A DNA stretch of 64,000 nucleotides from Bigelowiella natans CCMP2755 (taxonomy: Eukaryota > Protista > Cercozoa): contig ADNK01000985.1 in assembly GCA_000320545.1 (NCBI GenBank), positions 24,618 to 88,617 on the forward strand. The letters are read 5' to 3'. How positions within the stretch are numbered: position 1 is the stretch's first letter; the number at the start of each line of letters is the position of its first letter. The notes beneath the pieces are model-generated. The model saw only the letters and a list, made by a program, of their open reading frames with translations. It was not told where the DNA came from and did no database searches. This document shows, piece after piece, positions 56,398 to 64,000 of the stretch. The position numbers and the translations under genes were made by a program.

Positions 56398-58155
56398 CTA
56401 GCTTTGTTCTAGCATCAGGGGTTCATATCCAAAAAAATCGAGCTCCTGCTGAAAGTAATCATTGAGCTTTTCGATGCTTCTCTGATACATGTCAGGTCTC
56501 TTGAGGATGTACTTCAAACTGGGTGTTCCCCACCTGGAATCGTAGCTATGCACCCTTCGGAAAGCGAGTTTTTTCTCCTTCTCGGAGAGAGTGAGATTCA
56601 TAACATTCATCTTGAGCCAATTGACTTTGCTGCCGAGATTGTCCTCCAGGCGGGTAAGATACCTGTGTGGTGGTGACAATGACGATATGAGATGTCATGT
56701 TTGGGAAATGCATTCTGATGAGATGTTCTTGTGGACTTCACAGCTAAGAAGGTGAATTTCTGAACTCCTCCCCCTCCCTATCAACATTTTTTGTTACAGG
56801 CCGCAATGATAACATGGGGTGCCATTACAGTATTCTTCCGGGGTATTGTGATAGAAACCACATCTGGGACAGGCAATGCAACATCCCAGTAGCATAAGAC
56901 ACGAGGCCGTTATTTGGGAGAATCTCCTCTTCCTGTCCCCTTCTTCCAGAAGCTTCGTCTTCGTCGCGCTCACTACCATTACCATCATCATTAGCGCTGA
57001 TGGAAACGTAGTCCTCCAGTATATTGAAGCCCTTTGAGGTAAACAGATCCACAAAAGCGTTGAATCTATGCGGCTCTTCTCCGGTTTGATTAAGAGCAAG
57101 AAAAAGGGCACTTGGCGGCTTCGTTTTGTGCCCATCCTGGCAAAATGACGATAATTCCTGGCACCATGTGAAATGCTTGATCATCTCGGTGTAGCCCGAT
57201 ATGAAGCGCTTCACCGGATGCCTGATGACCGCGAAGGCAGTCACCGCACCTTCCAGGTTGAACCCTTGTGCGAAATGGTAGCCTCGGTTCACGGGAATGA
57301 TGCAATTTTGCAGCTTGCTGAGCCATACAGTCTGATTGATACCTGTGACGATGAACGGCAACGAAAGGGAACAAAAACATCTGGTTAATTCATGCCAATG
57401 GTGTACACGTTAAGGATGGTGGCTCGATGTGTGAGCTCGTTACAATTGATCCTCTCTATGTTGCGTTTCGGTTTGCGAAATTTACTCCCTACTGGGGCAG
57501 TATCTTAGAGATAGCACGGAGTGCAGTGTGCTGGTAGCACTCTTAAAAACTTCTACATTAACGACATATCGGCCTCCTACAGAGCCGTGCCTTTGGTACA
57601 CTGTTCCGAACCCAGTGTCTCTCGTATCGACACATCTCGTTCTGTTGGCCACAATGTAGTCTTTTGTCCTGAGTGAGAATCGGTTCCAGTGGCAGGACCA
57701 TGATTCGTTGGCCTCTGGATATCGCATGGCAAAAAGTTCCCTTGGGTCGATTGTTTTTTCCGGGATGTAACTAAGCTGATACTGAAGCTGATGAGGGTGA
57801 GAGCCGTTCGCTACTTGAGAAGATTCTGGAACACCATTTTCAGCTGCATGTTTTTAGATAAATGAGAGTTCATTTGATGGTGCATGCACAATGTTACCAT
57901 TCTCGTTTACTTGGGTATATTTGGATGCTTATGATGCATCTTCAACTTGCATAGATGCATGTCCTTACGCACAACCCACACACATTACTATTTACCATCT
58001 CGCAAGTCGTAATCCATAGAGTCTACAACAATTTGGCTGCAGTCATGTGTGCGGTTTGTCTCCATCCTCAGGACCCAAACATTTCCCGCAACCATGAGTG
58101 CAATAACGAGGCGCAGGGCCCACAACGAACACACGCCATGGCTCTTTCCATTCAT
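56398..58155 (-). CDS. Golgi-type carbohydrate sulfotransferase (Sulfotransfer_2/CHST-like), about 4 exons
   Basis: Type II anchor (LWALRLVIALMVAGNVWVL), 5'-PSB-like VFKSATSTL, 3'-PB-like FAVIRHPVKRFISGY, HCLSQMWFL, RLEDNL and a C-terminal DYFQQELDFFGY. Confidence 0.72.
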
Positions 58156-58731
58156 CTTGGTCTTGGGGCCTATTGTTTGACCGGTTCTTTGAGAATCTTG
58201 CCTGCTTCCGATCCAAGCTTGCCCTAAGACAACATAGATCTCTCTCTGATCGTCAACATCGTCCTGCTCCTCTTCCCCCTCCTCCTTCCTCCACTCGTCC
58301 TCATGCGTGCACGAGTCACTACCAGCAACTACCAGCGGCACGGCACCACTTGTTGGGAGAGCAAACATGCTCTACGAATCCTTGCCATTTCCCATGCTGC
58401 GACATGCCCCTGCTGCTCAAACATCACCAAAATCACCGGCTGTTTCTGCCAACATGTGTGTGTTCAGCAACGGGTCGGTGTCAAATCCTCCTCTATTAAT
58501 TTGTCGCAGATATTCCTATCTCTACATGGATTTAGTGGTAAGTTTCGGTGTGGTTTTCTTCCTACGACATCGACGTGTCGTTGTCGCGATAAGAAAATTC
58601 GTCGCCACCGAAACTGCTCCGCCCTATCTTCTCCTCCCCTCTTTCTCCGCCATCTTTCACCAATCGTAGCCTCCGCCTGTGAGTTCTTTCTTTCGTAAGA
58701 GCACTGCGCGGTAATAGCTAGCGCTGGAAGC

Positions 58732-61700
58732 ATGAATTGGTCCTTTTCCCTCGACCGGTTGATGGATAACATCCTTCGAGGCACTCAATTGGAGGAGGAT
58801 CGGTGGCGTGCCAAAATTTGGGATGCAGATATTGAGGCTCAAGTCAAAGGAGTTTTAGAGTTGAATGGTGACTGCGAGGGTGGATTGGCGGATCATACCG
58901 ACTTTGCCAATCGTCTCGTGTGTAGGTCCAATGCCACCGCCTACTTCCAATTTTTCAGAGAGGAAATGAGCTCGAGGGCTACGATTCTTTACCCGGTGAA
59001 AGCGGATACAATTTTCAATTTGATTAATGGTCATAGTATGAGGCGATCTATCAAGCTTGCAACTGTGCTATCGCATCGTTTTGATACTGAGACGGAGCAG
59101 AAGGCGCGAGTGAAGGGTATTCTTTTGACAATTCTCATATCTTGCGAAGAAGTCCGCACGGTCATCGGTGGTTATTCAAAGCTCCTATTAGTCATTAATG
59201 AAACCGTTGATGCTATTTTCAACGAATGCAAGACCATATCAACGGCTAACTCAGAACGGAAAGGGAATTGGAATGTAAATTTTTCTCATGAGAAAGTTGG
59301 GGGGTTCTTCGAACGAGGCGTACGGGCATCAATGTTCGCAACTCTTAAAATAATCCTTCGAGTTTTCAACAAAAATCTACATCTAATGGCCGGAGGCAAG
59401 TACTTCTGGACTGAACGCGGGGCTACCTCTATGTATGCACACCAAGGAACGAAGTATCTCGATCAAGTTCAAGTAGGAAACGTTGCTGACTTCTTGGATG
59501 AAGATGACGTGCAAGACCTCAAGACAAAAATAAACGCGATCAAGGAAGCAGGGGATTTGAACAATGGCGCATACATCACTAAATATAGATGGACAAAGCA
59601 AGGTATAGATGTAGGGAAAGCTGTGCCCGGCACTGAAGTCATGGATGAAGTCACAGAAGCAAACGTGAAGCCTAGTCTTTTGAAAAGCCATTTGAATATC
59701 AGTGCTGTATTGAGGGAGCTGGTGAACACCGGAAATCAAGTAAAACAGCAATATGTCGTACCTCTCAATCAGGTTCCAGTACAAGGTAGCGATAGACAGT
59801 AAGTCAGCGACGACCGTGAAGAAAAGGGGGAGGGGGGAGGGGGGGAGGAGCAGAATCACATCATTTTTCAAAAATGATTTACTCACTGCCGTCTTGGCGT
59901 GTTACGGCTGTTAGACCATTGTTTTAAAGCGTTGCTACTATAATTAGGTTTTAAAGGAAGGACTTTATCCAAGCCGGTTGCCGCTGTTGCCGCTATTGCT
60001 GACGAGAAAGGAGGAGCAGAGTACACAGAACTAGACTCGTGGGAATTAGTGAACAGCGGAGATGCTGGGGCCTCCACCATTTATGATAAAAAGAGGGGCA
60101 CATTTCATGTGGACATATTGCGACAGGAAATAGGAGAGGAACATCTTTCGAAGCAGATCAACCAGTCTCTCGATCGTGAGCTGGAAACCTTCGACGGCGT
60201 GCAGACGTGGCAGGAAGATATGTTCGCAAACATATTTTGGTACATCACTGTGCCTCTCTGGGGTCCAGGTTTCACAGCCTGGAAGTGCTGGGAAGACTTC
60301 ACCGTGACGCTTCGAAGGAGGAGCCGCTATAATCACCAGCCTTACTGGAGAAGCAACAAGTTGTCTTATTGCTATCAAGCGCTTTGTGCCTACGCACCAC
60401 CGCTGTTCCTCTGTGTGTGGTGCCTGGGACTTTACTTCGTCTTTCTTGGACTAGTAGCTTATTTGATGGTCTTTAGAACCTCCTACGATGACATATCCGG
60501 CGCAACAGGGTAACATTGCATCGTGCCAGAGAAAATATACGCATATAACATACGTGGCCTGTTAACTGACGGCTCTCTGTAATGATCGGATGGCTGCTGT
60601 TTGCTGTGTGTTAGGTTCGGCCCAGTATTTTATCTCTACGTCATAACAGTCTTGACGTCTTCAATCCACGAGACTCAGTCATGCCTGACGGAGCAGGCTT
60701 TGGAAGCTCAGATCTCCCTCTTCATCGAGAACTACATAGAAACGCAAGATAACTATAGCGGGGCCACCAAGCAGAAGAGCGTGGCAAATGTTTTTGAAGA
60801 GTTTTTGACCCAGACGAGGCGTAAGTATAGGGATAATAGAGAAGGCCCTGAGAACGATGAGGTTTTGGTTGATGAGCCGCTTCAATTGCAAAAACGGAAA
60901 TCCAGCGTCTACATGCCGACAACAGCTCTAGCCACGCAACATAGGTAGTAGCCTGATAAAAGTGCAAGTACGGCACATTGGCAAAGTGATGATGCGGTGA
61001 GCTTATTGCTGAATATCTTCCGACTATGAATAGTGAAACAAAAACAGTAATGATGCAGGCTGGTTGTCGATGTCGTACCTCGTGACCATCAACGACGTAT
61101 ATCGTAGTTGCTGTTTGTTTCGATGCACTGTTGTGAGTGCTGTTCTACCAAATCAGGTGTGGAAAATTTAGCTGGAAGAAGTTTGTGAAGTGGCTTGTCC
61201 GCGGGGTTACAATCCTTTTGTGCTTTGGAAGGTATCTGATCTTGGTTTGCATGCCGGAGTCTCTCCCTAAAAACTCCTCGTTGCCAAATATGATAACTCT
61301 TGCGAACGTATTCGCAATCCCGGCATTCTACACTATCTTGTTCATGGTGTTCTACCAACGCACACGGAAGATGAAGGAATGGTTGTTTCAGTCCGAGGCC
61401 TTTCCATATCTCACCTCCCGTGCATCCGGGATCTGTAGAGGCCTGAAGTTTCACTTCAAGCTTGATCGGCCAAGGCACATAAAAGCATACATGCTGCTAA
61501 GGCGCATGCTTTTCAGGCACATCACCAAGTTCCCAGAAGGGGGGCTTCCCGTGCGAATAGAAGCATTCATTTGGACGTTGGTGGTTGTGCTGCTTATCGT
61601 CCTTGTGAGCGTGATTTTGCTTGTTTTCTTCTACCATCCACGTGGAGATGAATTAAATTGGGAGGAGTTGCTAGTGGGGGGCTATGACTCGTTCCTCTTC

Positions 61701-62177
61701 ATAGTGATGGCGCTGCAAGTCATCAGATATTCTGCCAGCATCAACGAAGTCCTTAACAGGCAATGCGCAATTCTGTTAAGAATACATCGCTTTGAGCTGG
61801 CGGAACTCCTTTACAAGAAAATATTAAGTAGCCCTGAAGGCGAAGGGAAACACCTCGGTGATGAGAAGGAAATCGTCAAAGAATCCAAGGCGAAAGCTTC
61901 GGAAGTATCTGCATCGTTATCGTCATCGTTATCATCAGCAACTTCTTCGTTGAGCCACAATCAAGCTTCCTTGGTGGTGACGGAAATGCTAGACACCATT
62001 CTTGAGAGGATGCAGGCAGAGCAGGACGAAGGGCTGTACATTCGCTTCGCTACAGTCCCAATAACAGATGGCTTGTTGATACCCATTAGTATTGCTGCAG
62101 TTTCATCAGCGTTTAGCGTAGGCTGGGGGATATTTAAATCTCACCTCGAAGATCATATCTATGATAGAGCGACCTGA
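58732..62177 (+). CDS. PHTF-like multi-pass membrane protein with an N-terminal soluble extension of about 350 aa; about 4 exons
   Basis: Last exon: YLTSRASGICRGLKFHFKLDRPRHIKAYMLLRRMLFR resembles PHTF [36 protein letters not shown] (recalled from memory). Also NWEELL..., SASINEV...ILL and terminal EMLDTILERM...IRFATVPITDGLL...VSSAFS in PHTF-like order. Exons at about 58732-59798, 59950-60509, 60615-60944 and 61157-62177. Confidence 0.62.
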
Positions 62178-64000
62178 AGTCTCCTTCCCTCATTCCAACT
62201 ACTTGGAATCGTAGATGAGATAATAGGGGAAAATTCGAATCCCATCATGCAGGAGAGCATGCAAAATCGGCAGTCTTGTATATTATGTCTAGATGTGCTC
62301 CCGACAAGCGATGAAATCTCTATCGACGTATACCTTTTCGTGAGCTATACGTTATATGGACGTATTTTAGTCTAAATATACGGGATATGTATGGGACCAT
62401 TGGCTCGCTGCATGCATGTGTCAACCAAGGCTAAATTTTAAATGCAGGAATAGATCAGACAAGGAGTATGCGCACATGCGACAGCTGCTGGGGGCAGGTA
62501 TTGCCGTGTATAGACACGCTGACAGCATGATGAATCTTTGTCATATCTTATTCGCGCGTTTGTGTTCACTGCTAGACTGTCGTGCGAAGCCACAGGCGTG
62601 GCTAGCTAGCTAGTTGCATTGTCCATGCATGTGAAGTACGTCGTAGCAACAGAATTGTGTGCAAGGCCGGTCGGGTGTAATGAAATGATTGCGCAAAGCG
62701 AAGGCGTCAGCGCTAAGATTGCATTTGTTTGTTTCGGTGAGCATTACGTGATCTGTGTTGTTGCGAATGTGGCAGCATGGTTGTTGCGCCTGCGACAGGA
62801 TTGTACATGTACCTTAACTTACAACAACGCAGCGGACGTATTCCGATCATTCCCAAAAAAGCGAGTAGTTGTTTATAGTTTACTCTCCTATATATGTGGA
62901 CTATGTAGTCCCTATACTCCGCTGTTTGCATCATGCACGTCGAAGGGGTGCTGCGTACAGCGTTGCGAGCTGAATGTGGGTAGTTAGCAGCATACACATG
63001 CATTAGCGCTGTATGTAGCCGCTGCGTTGCACAGCTGCATTAGGATGACCATTGAACAATTTTGATTGATTGATTACATCCGTCTTACATGTGCATTCAT
63101 GCAACCGGATAATTCGTGCTCGTTAAAGTCACCGTGCATGAAAATAACTACCTCAATTGTCATGCTCGATTGTAAAGCAGCTCACGACTTGCAATCGAAA
63201 TGCTACGCTTGTAAGTCATGACTCACATTTGACACGACTTCATGAACTAGACGATGTTGTGTTATGTAGTGGCCGAATAAATTACGATCCGACGCTCCCT
63301 GTCTCTTAAATCTTGATTACTTCTCCCGTGTAAGGCTCTCGCTCGACCCTGTTTCAGGGAATAGAATTTGTAATCATCATCACATGTTAGGCCGAAGAGT
63401 GCAACGATGAGCAACAGCTAGCTAGCATTACTTGTATTGCTTTGGGTCCTTGCTCTTCTCGCGGGAAAACTGATCTGCATATCTGATTTGCAGTGCCACC
63501 AAAAGAGGAATTAAGAACGACGCTCACAACAGAGGTGGGGGATCTTGCCGTTATTTTTGTTAGCATGAATATTTTGTGGCTGTCGTTTCGATGAAGCGCA
63601 CAATAGACTACCCGAGTCCAAACGGCTGACGGGGAACGATGCGGCCCCATCCATTCTCAGTGGCGAGCTTTTCAGGTTGTTATCCATTCATAAACATCAA
63701 TAAGTCGCGTGGGGAGGGGAGGGGTGGTGGCAAGGTAATATGGCAGAGATTTATATTGGATATGGAGAATGAAAGCAAACAGTGGTGGTGGTGAGGGAGG
63801 AGGAGGAGGAGGAGAGAGCAGGTACGGCAACAGGACTAGGAGGGATAGCAGTATGCATATCATCTAGACGTGAAGCAATCACATACACAGTAGTAAGATG
63901 TAGCAGGTGCAGCAGCAGCATAGAAAACGCAGAGCTTGATGAACATAAAGCTCACACATGCAGACAATCACTACCTTTCCATCCTCCCACACAACTCGGC

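Noticed and set aside
63387-64000. Possible 3' end of a minus-strand gene at the window edge (donor-like site near 63975)
   Set aside because: Too little coding sequence and no recognisable motif to support a call.

Overview
Intron-rich eukaryotic nuclear DNA with GT-AG introns packed with microsatellites. It is probably from an alga with a secondary plastid (chlorarachniophyte-like); this is an inference from a bipartite-targeted BASS transporter and the gene structure. Nine genes were reconstructed by hand: (1) a giant kinesin-3 with inserted SH3, PDZ, SH3b-like and ankyrin modules; (2) TFIIIC large subunit GTF3C1; (3) a Tudor-like/PRMT-fold methyltransferase; (4) a plastid BASS transporter; (5) an intronless DOMON-CarF/TMEM189 desaturase fusion; (6) a TTLL tubulin ligase; (7) mitochondrial aspartate aminotransferase; (8) a Sulfotransfer_2 protein; (9) a PHTF-like 7TM protein. 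The most striking signal lies between genes. Sharply bounded tracts (31238-32162 and 45536-47111, plus weaker ones at 55968-56257 and 58106-58496) have lost almost all TpA, apparently converted to TpG/CpA. Surviving TpAs sit almost only in CTAG or in half-sites (CTA or TAG). Reverting the changes restores an SF1B (RecD/Pif1-like) helicase relic. This points to a targeted, context-specific A:T->G:C 'reverse-RIP' hypermutation system (target TAH, TAG exempt) acting on foreign or relic DNA. Gene boundaries and dinucleotide counts are manual and need computational confirmation.
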